DNA of 64,000 nt from the human T2T-CHM13v2.0 reference genome, Homo sapiens. Shown piece after piece: positions 27,311-40,322 of the stretch. Below the pieces are notes generated by a model that saw nothing but the letters and a program-made list of their open reading frames with translations, was not told where the DNA came from and searched no databases. How positions within the stretch are numbered: position 1 is the stretch's first letter; each line of letters begins with the position of its first letter. Made by a program: the position numbers and the translations under genes. The stretch lies in the NCBI RefSeq assembly GCF_009914755.1, contig NC_060937.1; one strand, written 5' to 3'.

Positions 27311-27874
27311 GACACAAACTATTGTACATTATATATGGGCAAACTATAGTGGAAAACCTTTTTAACAATAAATAATGCAAGCTCCAAACTCATGTAGATT
27401 GCATAAAAATAAGACGTTTATCTTTTTTATGCTAGCAATACATACTCTTCCTCATAGAAAAACATCAGATAATCTATTGCATCTTCACATTAAAAATAAC
27501 CATTTAGGTCTTTAAACCAATGTTCTCACCATAGAGCTAAAACAAACAAAGAACAAAAACTGATTGATAAAAGCCCATTAATTAAGGGTGTCATATATCT
27601 CCGGATATAAAAATTTTGAAATTACACTCCTAAATACATTTAAGACTGAGAACTTTGTAAAATTCATTAAATTATACTCTTCATCACATGCATTGTTTGA
27701 TATATTAATTATTCATTTCAATATGACCATTACTTAAATAGTAGTTCCCATATTAAACATATTACATATTTAAAAATTCAAACAAGCTTTTCTTACTGGT
27801 GTTCAATTTATTTTCACATATTTTGATTAGTACTTTGGTAGAATGCTTAAAATAATGTTTTGTCCATTTTTTCC

Positions 27875-28130
27875 TAAATTGATTTTTTAATTGGCAAAAA
27901 TTATATATCATTTTTATGTATAAAATAGTATTGTGAAACATGTATATACACATAGTGGAGTGGCTTAAGCTAATTAACATATGCATTGAAAGTAATGGCA
28001 AAAAATGCGATTAATTTTGTACCAATCTAATAATTTCTTAGTAATTTTCAAAAATGAATACATTGTTATTAACTACAGTTACCAAGTTGTTGAATAGATC
28101 TCCTGTATTTATTCTTCTAAGCTAACTAAA
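27875..28130 (-). mobile_element. L1MA 3' fragment containing a MADE1 (Hsmar1 MITE) piece at about 27985-28033
   Basis: 'gtggagtggcttaagctaattaacatatgcatt'; MADE1-like 'aaagtaatggcaaaaaatgcgattaattttgtaccaatctaata'. Confidence 0.7.
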
Positions 28131-28132
<2 letters not shown>

Positions 28133-28172
<40 letters not shown>

Positions 28173-28464
28173 TTTGTTTTAGACAGAGTCTCTTTCTGTG
28201 TCCAGGCTGAAGTGCAGTGGCATGATCTCATAGCTCACTGCAGCCTTGAATCCATGGGCTCAAACAATCCTCCTATGTCAAACTCCCAAGTAGCTAGGAC
28301 TATAGGCACATGCCACAGAAGCCACCAGGCCTGATTAATTTTCTTATGTTTTGTAAAGATGGGGTGTTGCTCAGGCTGGTCTTGAACTCCTGGCCTCAAG
28401 CAGTCTGCCCATTTCAGCTTCGCAAAATGCTAGGATTATAGGCATGAGCCCCCACACCTGGCCT
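28133..28464 (-). mobile_element. AluJ with tail converted to (CA)n
   Basis: 'catagctcactgcagccttgaa', 'ggctcaaacaatcctcc', 'ggcctcaagcagtctgccc'; (TG)n at 28133-28175. Confidence 0.9.
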
Positions 28465-29111
28465 CAAAAAATTTTTTTAATGAAAACATAAAATAGCAAA
28501 ATTTAACCAAGAGGTATTATACCTTAATTAAAGTATATAGTTTAAAAAAATTACTAAATATAAGGCAAAAGATCAGTGGTTTACAGAACATTCTACTTCC
28601 GAGTAATAAAATAAATGTCTCACATCCTTTCATAAAAATGGCAGAACAAAACAGGGTACAGAAAATGTCTGCAGCCAACAGAGTAGCAGAATCATTGTTG
28701 ATCTTAAGGTCAGTGCATTGTACATCAAGTACTGAAATTTATGAAACGTTGTTGAAAAAAATTGTGCCTCTACTTTCCCTTGCTTTATCTGTTTTATTTT
28801 CCTGCTTGCTTCCTACAGCGTCTGCACTGCATGAATGATTGTAATGTCACTAACCACCCATTCTTGATTTTCTTTAGGCCGTCATTTTATTGAAATGTTT
28901 CCCCAAAGAGAAGAATGACCTCCTCAATGATAATTTATGTGAATAAGTTGCTGTTCATTCTGCAAACTATAGTACAGTAACTGGTGAACAATGGGTGCTC
29001 AATTAGTACTTGTATTACTTAAATGGGTGAGAAGTAACATCATTTACATTCATATGGTAGTAATGATATACACAACACTTATACTCATGTGTATTATAGA
29101 CTCTGATGTAC

Positions 29112-29290
29112 TGCATTTTATTCCTTTTAAGATGCATATTTTTTCACATTTTAGCAACCTTTAAATAATTTTAAATCTCACAATTAATGTTATTAAGAGA
29201 TATTGGATAACGTTCTAATTAAAATAATTTTCACTGGAGTCTCCTTAATATAGTATGAATAATGGCGCATTTTACAATTTATGTCATCTT
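29112..29290. mobile_element. MER104-like DNA transposon remnant
   Basis: 'taagatgcatattttttcacattttagca' and 'ttttacaatttatgtcatctt'. Confidence 0.45.
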
Positions 29291-29686
29291 TCTTTTTCTG
29301 GCAGTTTCTTTTTTATTAGAAAATAACCTGTTTATATTTTCACATGTGTGTTTACTTTATGCTGGTAAATAATGAACAAAATATAGGTGATTTATGTGAG
29401 CAAACTTTGTACACTGGACCTGCCTGAGGGCAGTGTCAAGGAGTGACAAGTGGTTGCCTGGGACACTTTGTGCCTACAAGGTCCATGTAGGTGTCAATCA
29501 TGGAATATTTCCTAGAAGAGTGGAAGAAGGAACTCCGGCCCCTGTTGACTATTTTTTTGGCATTCTTCTGTAGTAGATAAAATTCTGTTCTTTTTCACAG
29601 TCATCTGTAAGTGAAAGATCAAAGTGAGCATAGATCTCAGTTGATCGGGTAATAATTAAAAAGTAGTAATTAGATGGGATGATGGT

Positions 29687-29724
29687 TATCTATCTATCTA
29701 TCTATCTATCTGTCTGTCTATCTG
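29687..29724. repeat. (TATC)n/(TGTC)n tetranucleotide repeat
   Basis: Directly visible. Confidence 0.9.
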
Positions 29725-29916
29725 TGACGTGGGAAATGAAGAGGCTAATGCATCTTTTCTTATGAGGGGTCTTGGTTTATCTGGAAAGAAAATCTTTCCT
29801 CATAAGGAGAAACACTGGGAAGGGGACTTTCAGTCATCTCCTTACTGTCTTACCCTTGCCTCCACAAGGGAGTGGATAGTGCAGAGTCTGACACCCATTG
29901 GGCCATGACTTATTAG

Positions 29917-30176
<260 letters not shown>

Positions 30177-30537
30177 AACACTTTATTTCTCTCCCTCATT
30201 CTACTAACTCTTCTTCCTTAATATACTGATAAGAATCAGGACCCAAGCTGGGGTCATGTGATACCTGTTTTTTCTCCCACAGGCACAGACTACTGCCCAA
30301 GTCATAAATTAGGCAATTTTTTTAGGTAGGAGTTAAGCATAAGGACAGAACATTCATCTCCGCCTCTTGGGTCAATGCCCGAGTGAGAGTTCAACCCACT
30401 GCCTTATCCTAGGGTCATGTGAACAAACTCAGGATTTGTTCTGGGGACCAATTATCTCACTCTTTTCCCCTGTAGTTGCAGTTAAAGGTACAGATCTTAA
30501 GCCTAATATTTTCATGGAATTTTGAAAGTATAGTTCG

Positions 30538-30810
30538 GGCTGGGCGTGGCTCAGGCCTGTAATCCCAGCACCTTGGGAGGCCAAGGCGGGCAGATCACGA
30601 AGTCAGGAGCTGCAGACCATCCTGGCTAACACGGTGAAACCTCGTCTGTACTAAAAATACAAAAAAATTAGCCAGGCATGGTGGCGGGCGCCTGTATTCC
30701 CAGCTACTCGGGAGGCTAAGGTAGGAGAATGGCATGAACCCGGGAGGCAGAGCTTGCAGTGAGAGCAAAACTTCAAAAAAAAAAAAGAAAAAAAAAAGGA
30801 AGGAAGGAAG
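30538..30810 (+). mobile_element. AluY with a ~40-bp deletion in the right monomer
   Basis: AluY diagnostics 'accatcctggctaacacggtgaaac' and 'ggcatgaacccgggaggcagagcttgcagtgag'; jumps to 'agcaaaacttcaaaa'; TSD core atagttc. Confidence 0.92.
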
Positions 30811-30974
30811 AATAGTTCCGCATTTCCCCATTTCCCCTAAATTCCATTGTCCAATATATTTGGCTCCTTATTTTTTTCTGTATACTCAGATGTGGAAAAA
30901 AAGAGAAGGATTGAAGGGGTGAGCATAACACAAAATATTAGCATATATTATTACAAATAGTTATAATTTCATTT

Positions 30975-31170
30975 CTGCACTATGATAGCCCTTTAAATAC
31001 ATAATCACATTTAATCCACTCAACATCTGTATATATGATGCTGTACCTTTACCCTCATTTATTGCATGAGATAAAGGAGCCTCAATAATTTACTAAGATC
31101 TGAAAGGCGGTAAATGGCAAAGTCAGGTTTCAAATCATGGTCAGTCTGACTCTACAACTTGAGTTCTTAC
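30975..31170 (-). mobile_element. MIR
   Basis: 'cacatttaatccactcaaca' and 'gtaaatggcaaagtcaggtttcaaatcatggtcagtctgactc'. Confidence 0.7.
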
Positions 31171-34100
31171 CCTATATGGAACAAAAGCCAGTGATTTTGA
31201 CTGAGAGACTCCAAGAAAACAGCTGCTAAGTGAAGATCATAGAAGTTTCACACTGATTCAAAAAAGACAACTACTGCTCCTGCTGTTGTTTCCATGCCTG
31301 CATGTGGGGCCGCAGACACCACCACAGATCTGAAAAAGTTTTCTTTTCATTGTAACCATCATCTCCATGGGTGGAGTGTGGGAATGGGTGGTGATGCAGT
31401 AGATAACAGAAATGCTAGGGGCACAGGTATGTTTCCAGATTGGTCAGGAGGCATCACAGGCACAAAGAATCCCTGACTGAAAGAGATAGATAGCAGATTG
31501 CTTCCTTACATCCCAGACAGCAGGGCTCCTCCTGTCTTATCTTTAGGTCCTGGCAACCCGGACTGGTTTCCCTGGATACAAGAGCTTCCCTGCTTGGAGG
31601 GACTGAGTCATCAAATGTGTTTGAATTTGTTCAGCCTCAAAAAGGATGAATGTTCCCTGAAAAATATGAGAGGTTCTATTTTTAGAAAAATGAGCATACA
31701 TATGTTGGTTTATAAAACATATATGATCAGATTTTATCCAGTTTTAGTTATTTTACAGTGATCATTAGGAATTTGTAGTAACACCTCTTTCAGCTATAAA
31801 AAAGTATCTGAAACAGATCTTGTTTAATAAATTGTTTTAAGATATTGCTTACTATCTATAAGAAGTCATCCAAGAATATCAACACATTCTATTTATCTGT
31901 CTTTGTAATAAGTGAATATAAGTCTGGACCTAAAGGAGTGTTATAATTGCTATGTTCAGGGTATCACAATGGGAATCATGTCTTTTCATTCTTTCTATCA
32001 CTCATAGCACATATAACGGTTTCTTACAAATAATTTTTGTGTTCTTTCAGGTGAAGCTCCTTTCTCCAGATCCTAAATTAAGCAAAGTAAAAAGCGAACT
32101 GAATATAATCTTTACCATAGCAACTTATGTACCTACTCACTAATTCTACATCTTGAGATATTTTAATATTGACTGGCGTATATCAAAAGTATTTTCAAGT
32201 TTGCAAATGTAAAGATACTTCACTAAGAGTATATTAACCTGGAAGTTCCCAGGTAGGACCAGCTAAAAATTGAGAAAGAATAGAGAAAATGTCAGAGGCA
32301 GAGAAATTGGTTGTGGTCAAAAATCTGGCTTCTGAGCGAAGTGACCGACATCCTAAATCAGTGTGTAAAATATCATAGAAAAAATAAGCTTGACCTGATT
32401 TGCTGTGATGTCTTCCTAGGGAATCTGAACTTTAGGGGCTGAGTGGATGTGATATCAACAGAGACTTCTAAGAAAAGACAACACTTAGGTGGTTAACAAT
32501 ACTGTTGACACTTAAGGTGGTGGTGTCAACCACCTTCTTAGCAGTTCTTTGTTAAGAACTGTGAATCAGACCACACTTGCTGGGGAGAGTGTCCAGGAAC
32601 TAATGTTCACGTCTTGAGGAAAGACGATAAATAGAGCAGATAATGTTATTTCAAAGCAAGCACTAGTTTGACTTAGAAATGGTCTGAGCTTCAGTGAGGG
32701 AAATGAAAGACAATTTGAAAATTGTAGTGATTGCAGTTAGGATAGTGTGGCTTGGTTGACACTACAGGACACCAAGTCCCTACTCAAGCACACAGAATAC
32801 AGGGTGTTTATAATCATCTTGCTGTGGGTGAAACCTGGAAATGTCACATAAGCTAAGTGCTTTACTTCATCTGAAATATACCATGAAAGTATTTCAAAAC
32901 CTTGATGTATAGAAAAACACATCAATCTCACACAGAGACTACATCTCTTACCTGAGAGAGATGAGACAGCATGTGTCTGTGAAAAAAAAATGGACCTAGG
33001 GAACCATGTTGTTTATCGCAACATCTCCTGCTTTGCCTATCAGCTTTGGTTGTAAGTATCTTTGTAATTATAAGTAAAGCTTGATATTCTGGAAAGATGC
33101 CTGATTTCTGAGATTCTAACTTGACAATTTGATGCATTATGTTAGTTCAAGATAACATTCTGGCTACCAGCTGAAATAAAAGCTTGTAAGTCACACAACG
33201 AAGCATACATAGCTTTTTAATTTCCTTATAATCATTCTGTGGCTTATTTTTACTTTTATCTCCAATTTCATTACTGGGGAAGTTAGATTTCCCATGTCCT
33301 ACTTCTCTTATAATAGCAAATAAGTATTATATCATATTTTTATATTATATTACCAAGTGAGGTTTTTAATCAATTATGTAATGTAAAAATTGCAGTCATT
33401 TGGCTTTATAGAATGGAAAGAAATATTACGTATATCTAAGTTATAAATAGGAGCATAAAACATATTTAACATTATCTATGAAATCCAAGATGGACTGTCC
33501 CCTACCTACCTCTTCATCATTCTTCCTCATGCTTGGTGCTATGTTCTTGGAGTGCACTGGTCTCATTGCACTTCTCATGCTCATGTTCCTTCCATCCACA
33601 AATTCTTTGCAAATGAAATACTCTATATCTGTAATGTCCCCTTTTCTTATACTGTTTAATTTTTCAGACTAGTTCAAGCATTATTACATATGCAAAACCT
33701 TGGACCACCCAAATTAATTTTGAGCATAAACTATTACTGTTATGCACTCTCATGGGACTATGCAACATGATTTCATAGCCCATATTGCAGTTTTGCTTAC
33801 TAACTAATTTATTCAGTACATATTATTGAAAACTTTCTATGTATCATATACTGTTCTAAGCTTTGGGGATACACTAGTAGGCAAATTAAACACAATAATT
33901 TTATGTATATATTTATTATTATTTGATCCATGCTTGTCTTTCTCATTAGATTGTTTCCTAAGAGTCATTGGATCTTTATTTAAAAGGAAAGATTGCATCA
34001 GCTTTTGGTCACCCTTGTTACCAGCCTAAATTAACATGTGTTTAACAAATTAATATATTAATTTAATTATATATAAATATATATAATAGAAATGGCCTCA

Positions 34101-34254
34101 TAATCAACTTAATTATCTTGTTTAGTGTTACTCAGGCCTGCCAGAGCAAATTTTTTCTCTTGACAAATTAAATGTGACCATGTATCTTAGTGTTTTCAAG
34201 TTTATTTGAACAATCCAGTTGGCTAGAGCAAGAGATCACAAGATATTCTACTCT

Positions 34255-34412
34255 TTCACTTTTCAGATAGCAAAATTGTGAATTGAAAGAAGACAAAATA
34301 AAAGCCAAAGTAAGCAGAACAAAATAAATAATAATGATTAGAGAAGAAATCAAGAAACTAAAAACTACAATATTAGTGAAGGCAAAAATTTGCTCATTTA
34401 AAATATCTTTCA
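34255..34412 (+). mobile_element. L1M ORF2 fragment
   Basis: 'aagccaaagtaagcagaacaaaataaataataatgattagagaagaaatcaagaaa'. Confidence 0.65.
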
Positions 34413-34413
34413 A

Positions 34414-34705
34414 GGCTGGGTGTGGTGGCACATGCCTGTAATCCCAGCACTTTGGGAGGCTGAGGCAGGTAGGTCACTTGAGGTCGGGAGTTTGAGACCA
34501 GCCTGACCAACATGGTGAAACCCCATCTCTACTAAAAATATAAAAATTAGCCAGGTGTAGTGGTGCACGCCTGTAATCTCAGCTACTTAGGATGCTGAGG
34601 CAGGAGAATCACTTGAACCTTGGAGGCAGAGGTTGCAGTGAGCCAAGATTGCGCCACGGTACTCCAGGGTGACACAGTGAGACTCCATCTCAAAAATAAA
34701 TAAAT
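34414..34705 (+). mobile_element. AluS (Sx/Sq-like)
   Basis: Full dimer from 'ggctgggtgtggtggcacatgcctgtaatcccagc' to 'gagactccatctcaaaaataaataa'. Confidence 0.95.
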
Positions 34706-35406
34706 TTTATATACATACATATATATATACCAGCAATGAAAAATTAACCTGGAAATTTAAAACACAACACCATTTATATTAGCTACCCATAAAAATACTT
34801 AGGTATAAATCTAACAAAATATGTACAAGATTTATAGCAGAAAACTACAAAACTCTGATGAAAGAAATCAAATAAAACTAAATAAATAGAGAGATATTTC
34901 ATGTTCCTGAACAAGAAGACTAAACATTTTTAAGATATCAAGTCTACAGGACTTGATCTATGCATTCATTGAGAACCCAATCAAAATCTCAGAAGATTAT
35001 TTTGTGGATATTAATAAACTGATTCAAACATGTATAAAGAGAGGAAAAAGACTCAGAATAGTCAACACAATATTAAAGAAGCATAAAGTCAGAGCACTGA
35101 CATTACTGGACTTCAAGACCCACTGTAAAGCTACAATAATCAAGAGAGTAGAAATAGTGAAAGAATAGAAGAAATAGATCAGTGGAACAGAATAGAGAAT
35201 CTAGAAACAGATCCATACAAATATAGTCAACTGATCATTGGCAAAGTATCAAAGGAAATTCAGTGGAGAAAAGATACTTTTTTCAACAAGTATTTCTGAG
35301 CATTCACAGGCAAAAAAATGATTTCCGACATAAATCTTACATCCTTCACAAACATTACGACAACGGTGATCAAAATTTATTTTTGATAAAGGACTATTCT
35401 TTAAAA

Positions 35407-35900
35407 TAGCAGTCCCAAAACTTTTTGGCATCAGGGATCAGTTTGGAGGAAGACAATTTTTCCGTGTATGGAGAGGAGAGATGGTTTGGGGATGAAATTG
35501 TTCCATCTCAGATCATCAGGCATTAGTTAGATTCTCATAAGGAGCATGCAACCTAGGTCCCTCGCATGTGCAGTTCACAACAGGTTGGCACTCCTGTGAG
35601 AATCTAATGCTACTGCTCATCTGGCAGGAAGTGGAGCTCAAGTGGTAATGCTCACTGGCCCACTGCTCACCTATTGTGCTCCCACCCAGTTCCTAACACG
35701 TCTTAGACAGGTGCCTGTCCATGTGCAGTTCACAACAGGTTGGCACTCCTGTGAGAATCTAATGCTACTGCTCATCTGGCAGGAAGTGGAGCTCAAGTGG
35801 TAATGCTCACTGGCCCACTGCTCACCTATTGTGCTCCCACCCAGTTCCTAACACGTCTTAGACAGGTGCCTGTCCATGGCCCAGGGGTTGAAGACCCCTG
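35407..35900. mobile_element. MER1B (hAT-Charlie MITE) with internal duplication
   Basis: 'gcagtcccaaaactttttggcatcaggga' to 'ccaggggttgaagacccctg'; perfect 8-bp TSD ctttaaaa (35399-35406, 35901-35908). Confidence 0.93.
35565..35878. repeat. Perfect 155-bp tandem duplication
   Basis: 35565-35719 is identical to 35720-35874; CATG at 35565, 35720 and 35875. Confidence 0.97.
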
Positions 35901-38361
35901 CTTTAAAATATAAAGAAGTCTTGAAACGACCATAAAGAAGCAAACAATGCAGTTACAAATTGAGCCAAATTGGTGGACTTTAACAGACACCTCACCAAAG
36001 ATGATACACAAATGACAAGCATATGCAAAGATGCTTCAGATCAAAAGGATATAAAATCCCAGTTTTACAGGAGGAATAAGTTCAAGAGATCTATTGTGCA
36101 ACATGGTAACTATAGTTTTAAAAAGATACATTGTATACCTGAAAATTGCTATGAGAGTAGATTTTAAGTTTCCTCCACAAATAAATGAAAAGTATTTCCA
36201 GTAATGCATATGTTCATTAGCTTAATTTATCTATTACACAATGTTTACATATTTTAAAACATCATTTTGTATACCATAAGCTAGATCTAATTATTGTCAA
36301 TTAAAAATAAATTTAAAAGGAAAATATGCTGTACACCATATCTTATAAGGAAAATGCAAATTAAAACAACATTGAGATACTACTGCATACTTATTAAAAT
36401 GGCCAATATCCAGACCACTGATAATACGAAATACTGGTGAGGCTGTGGAGCAAGAGTAACTTTCATTCATTGCTGATGGGAATGCAAAATGATACAACCA
36501 CTTTGGAAGATGGCTTGACAGTTTCCTGCAAAACTAAACATAATCTTACCGTATGATCCAAAAACTGTACTTCTTGGTATTTACACAAGTATGTTGAAAA
36601 CGTGCACGCTAAAACCTGTACATAGATGATTATTGCAGCCGTGTTCAAAATTGTCAAAACTTGGAAACAACTAAGATGTCCTTCAGTAAGTGAGTGGAAA
36701 AATAAATTGTGGTACATTCATACAACAGAATATCATTCATTGTTAAAAAGAAATGAACTATTAAGACATAAAAAGACATGGAGGAAACTTAAATGCATAT
36801 TACAAAGAAACCAAATCTAAAACTTTTATATACTGTATGATTCCAGCTATATGACTTTCTAGAAAAGGCAAAATTATGGAGACTGTAAAAATATCAGTGG
36901 TTGCTAGGGGATAAGGAAGAGGAAGAGATGAACAGGTGGAGCATAAGGGATTTTTGGAGCAGTGAACCTGTCTATAGGGTATTATAACAATGGGTACATG
37001 TTATGGTACATTAGTCAAAACTAATGTACAACATCTAGGTGAACTCTAATGTAAACTATAGCCTTAGGGATACTGGTATGCCAATGTTGGTTCATCTACT
37101 ATAGCAAACGTACCATCTTGGTATAGAACGTTAATGTTGGGGAGACTGTGGGGAGAGGGAGCATATTTGAACTTAGTTTTGCCATGAACCTAAACAGGCC
37201 AAAAAATCATCTTTTAAAAATATAAACTGATATATTTTAACTGCCATGATACAAAATTTAATGAAATCAAGTTTAGAAATAAGTAGTATGTATTACTCTC
37301 ATATTTAAGCTACAATAAACACATGCCTTAATATTAACATATTAGATAATTTTAGAGACTAAATATCACTGATGCAACCATGTATTACCATACTTGATAA
37401 TTTTTGCTATAAAGCCCTCAACAATGTAAACGTATAGTGATAAGACAAAATCCATAATATTTCTATGTTACTTGGTGTATTAGCGTGTTAAAGATCCAAA
37501 TTCATTAAAACAAGAAATTGCATTGTAGTAGTATTTTGAACTTAAATGGAACCACCTTTTCTCTCTTTATAAGTTCCAAAGTTTAGTTCTTGCTTCTTCC
37601 ATACGGTTGTAATGCCTCAGAGATTTCCAGAAATGTAAACAGAAACATCAGAAGGAAGTTTATGGAGCATCCTTCCCTTATCCAATTGAACAGCACTACA
37701 TGAAAGCTTCTCCTGGTGTGTTTGCACAAAGAAATCCATCGTTTTCAAAACCCTGTCCCTGATGCACACAGTTACGTAACTTAACTTCACTCTTCTTACC
37801 CAATTCTTCTTAACTCCACTCTTCTTACCTATTTCCAAAATAACTTACTTGTGTTGTTTTCAGTTTTACTTTTTAAATGTTTGTTACAATCCCATATGTT
37901 TAATTTACTAGTTTTTTTTTTACTTTTATCCCTTACACTGAATTCATTAAAAATATACATATATTCACACAGAAATGAATTAGAACCTCAGCACCAACCT
38001 CCAGCAAGTCATTCAAATTATCAAAGCCTTAGTTTTTTCATCTGAAAATGGATCTAATGAGGATTATTGTATGGATTAAATGAGGTTTTATATAATAAAC
38101 ATTTATCACCATATCAAACACTTACTTTTTCTGCTAGGGCTGTCTATTGCTGGGAATGTTCACAATTTGTTATTTAAATATTGCAGCAAACATATAGCTC
38201 GTAGACAGATGTGCAACTCCAAACAATGCTGGGAATTTTCTAAAAAAAATGTGTGTGTCCAGGATCTCCATAAGAATTATGTATACAGTACTTCCAGTAT
38301 ATGAAATAAGCATAAGGATTTCGGAAAAATAAAACAAAACCTGATATTCTGAAATGCATGC

Positions 38362-38513
38362 CTTTTTTTCCTTAAACTTTTATTTTACATTCCGGGGTAC
38401 ATGTTCAGGATGTGCGAGTTTGTTACATAGGCAAATGTGTGCCATGGTGGTTTGCTGCACAGATCAGCCCATCACCTAGGTAGTAAGCCCAGCATCCACT
38501 AGCTATTCTTCCT
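38362..38513 (-). mobile_element. Short 5'-truncated L1PA 3' end
   Basis: 'ggggtacatgttcaggatgtgcgagtttgttacataggcaaatgtgtgccatggtggtttgctgcac'; TSD aatgcatgccttttt on both sides. Confidence 0.9.
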
Positions 38514-38763
38514 TAATGCATGCCTTTTTAATAGTCATGAAATAAAAATGACAACTCTAAATGAATACATAAATTAAAACATTGACTTTATACAAAGAAA
38601 TATCAAAACATTTGATATTATGCAAAATATTAGATCTTCCTTAATGCATGCCTTTCTAATAGTCATGAAATAAAAATGACAACTCTAAATGGATACATAA
38701 ATTAAAACATTGACTTTATACAAAGAAATATCAAAACATTTGATATTATGCAATATATTAGAT
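38507..38763. repeat. 128-bp tandem duplication (3 mismatches)
   Basis: 'tcttccttaatgcatgcc...tattaga' begins at 38507 and again at 38635. Confidence 0.95.
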
Positions 38764-39867
38764 GTATGGTTTTTTGTTCACATAGAAGTATTATTAAAAT
38801 TCCACTTTTCATCTCCCCTCAAAAATATATAATATTTTAAAATCACAAAATATATAATTGATAGATAAGAAAGTATGATTTCGGTAACCTTGACGGTGAG
38901 TCAGTTCTTCACCAATTAACATATGAACATGGATTCAACAGTTTTTAAAATAAGCTGAAGAATGTGAGATTAACAAAATTTAAATTCCATTATATTAACA
39001 TTTTACAAATATGATTTTGTGTCTGACTAAAATTGATATTGCAGGAGTAAATAATGACCTTTTACCTTTTCAGTGCTTAACAGTAAACAATGTGACTATA
39101 TGTTATTTTACATTAAATCAATTTCAGAGCCAGTTTACATCTGCCTCATATTTAAAGAAACAGGTTGAAGGATTTTACTGCTTGCTCATAAGGAAGTGGC
39201 TGAGACAGTGGTTAACACCAAGTCTTAGAATTATATTACCAAAGATTCTTCTACTGCATCAGACAGATTGTAAAATCCAACAGTGGACTTTAAATTATCT
39301 TTAATTTTCCCTCCTCCAAACTCAGGAAGTATCTAACTAATTGAACCTTAAAATCAAAATTTTAAAGAATTGGCTAACAGAGATATTCAAATATATATGC
39401 TGAATATAATTTAATAATTATTTTAAGTGCTAGTCCTAAATCTTAAAAAGATTTTTTCTAAATAAAATCCATCTATTAGTTTAATAAATTCCTTTCATAT
39501 AGGACTTGTGTGTCACTTATATCTTCATAATATTTAAAAATATTGTGTATTTTATCCTTTAATTTGAAAAGTAAACATAAAAATCTATCTGTAATATAGT
39601 ATAGAATAAAATATAAACCTAAGTTCTATTGTTTTTTTGTGTTTTATTTTCATATTATTTAATAATTGGCAAAATTTGATGAAGTCATTTTATAAAATGT
39701 TCATTTATCTAAAACCATGCTAAAACCATTACATATACTTATTGATAATATTTATATATAAATATTATAATTATTTATATGTACACACATGTATGACATT
39801 TGAACACTTTTGACCTATGAAAATTCAATCTGTGTGTTTTATAGGTGTTTGTATGTGTATTTATATT

Positions 39868-40322
39868 GCCAACCAAAAAAGCAAAAATGAGAGAAAAACC
39901 CTCCAAATATGCTGAATGTATTTGGGAATTAGAAAAGAGGATTATGGCCTAACATGCACAGCTACGGCAAGACGCGTATGCAATGAAACAGGGGAGGATA
40001 AAGGGAAACTTACTGGCAAAAGAGGAAATTCATATAAGCTGCTTGGAAACAGAGTTTGTTGGTTCCAGAGACCCAAGTCGAAGTTGGCATCCGTTCATTG
40101 GTGGAGCTACGTTACTGGGCACATGCCCCTTTGAGAATATCTTATATGAATTGCTGCAGCCCTAAAGAAAAAAATGTTTTGTAAGGTTATTTTAGAAAGT
40201 CCTGGAGACAGTCTTTATCTCAGAATTGCAAGAATGAGCCTTCCCACTTTAGGCTCTCCCAGCAATAGCTTCTTTGGATCTGACAAAAAAATGATTTCAT
40301 ATTGGTATCCACAACTTTCACA
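39868..40322 (-). mobile_element. ERV1 LTR (MER67-like)
   Basis: Reverse strand starts 'tgtgaaagttgtggataccaatatgaaatcatttttttgtcagatcc'; TG...CA ends. Confidence 0.6.

Larger units (their letters stand above)
34728..37225 (+). mobile_element. L1MC ORF2 C-terminus and 3' UTR, interrupted by MER1B and an L1MA 3' piece (about 36040-36320)
   Basis: ORF2-like peptides (TLLDFKTHCKATIIK; IAAVFKIVKTWKQLRCPSVSEWKNKLWYIHTTEY); L1MC 3' UTR 'aaaaggcaaaattatggagactgtaaaaatatcagtggttgc'. Confidence 0.88.

Noticed and set aside
31250-31640. Slightly GC-richer unique segment with an AP-1 motif (tgagtca) and short ORFs
   Set aside because: No recognisable protein similarity or convincing exon structure; a single motif is insufficient evidence.
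32503-32537. Overlapping 8-bp inverted repeats (gttgacac/gtgtcaac; aaggtggt/accacctt)
   Set aside because: Short stems with no reference to show a templated origin; may be chance.
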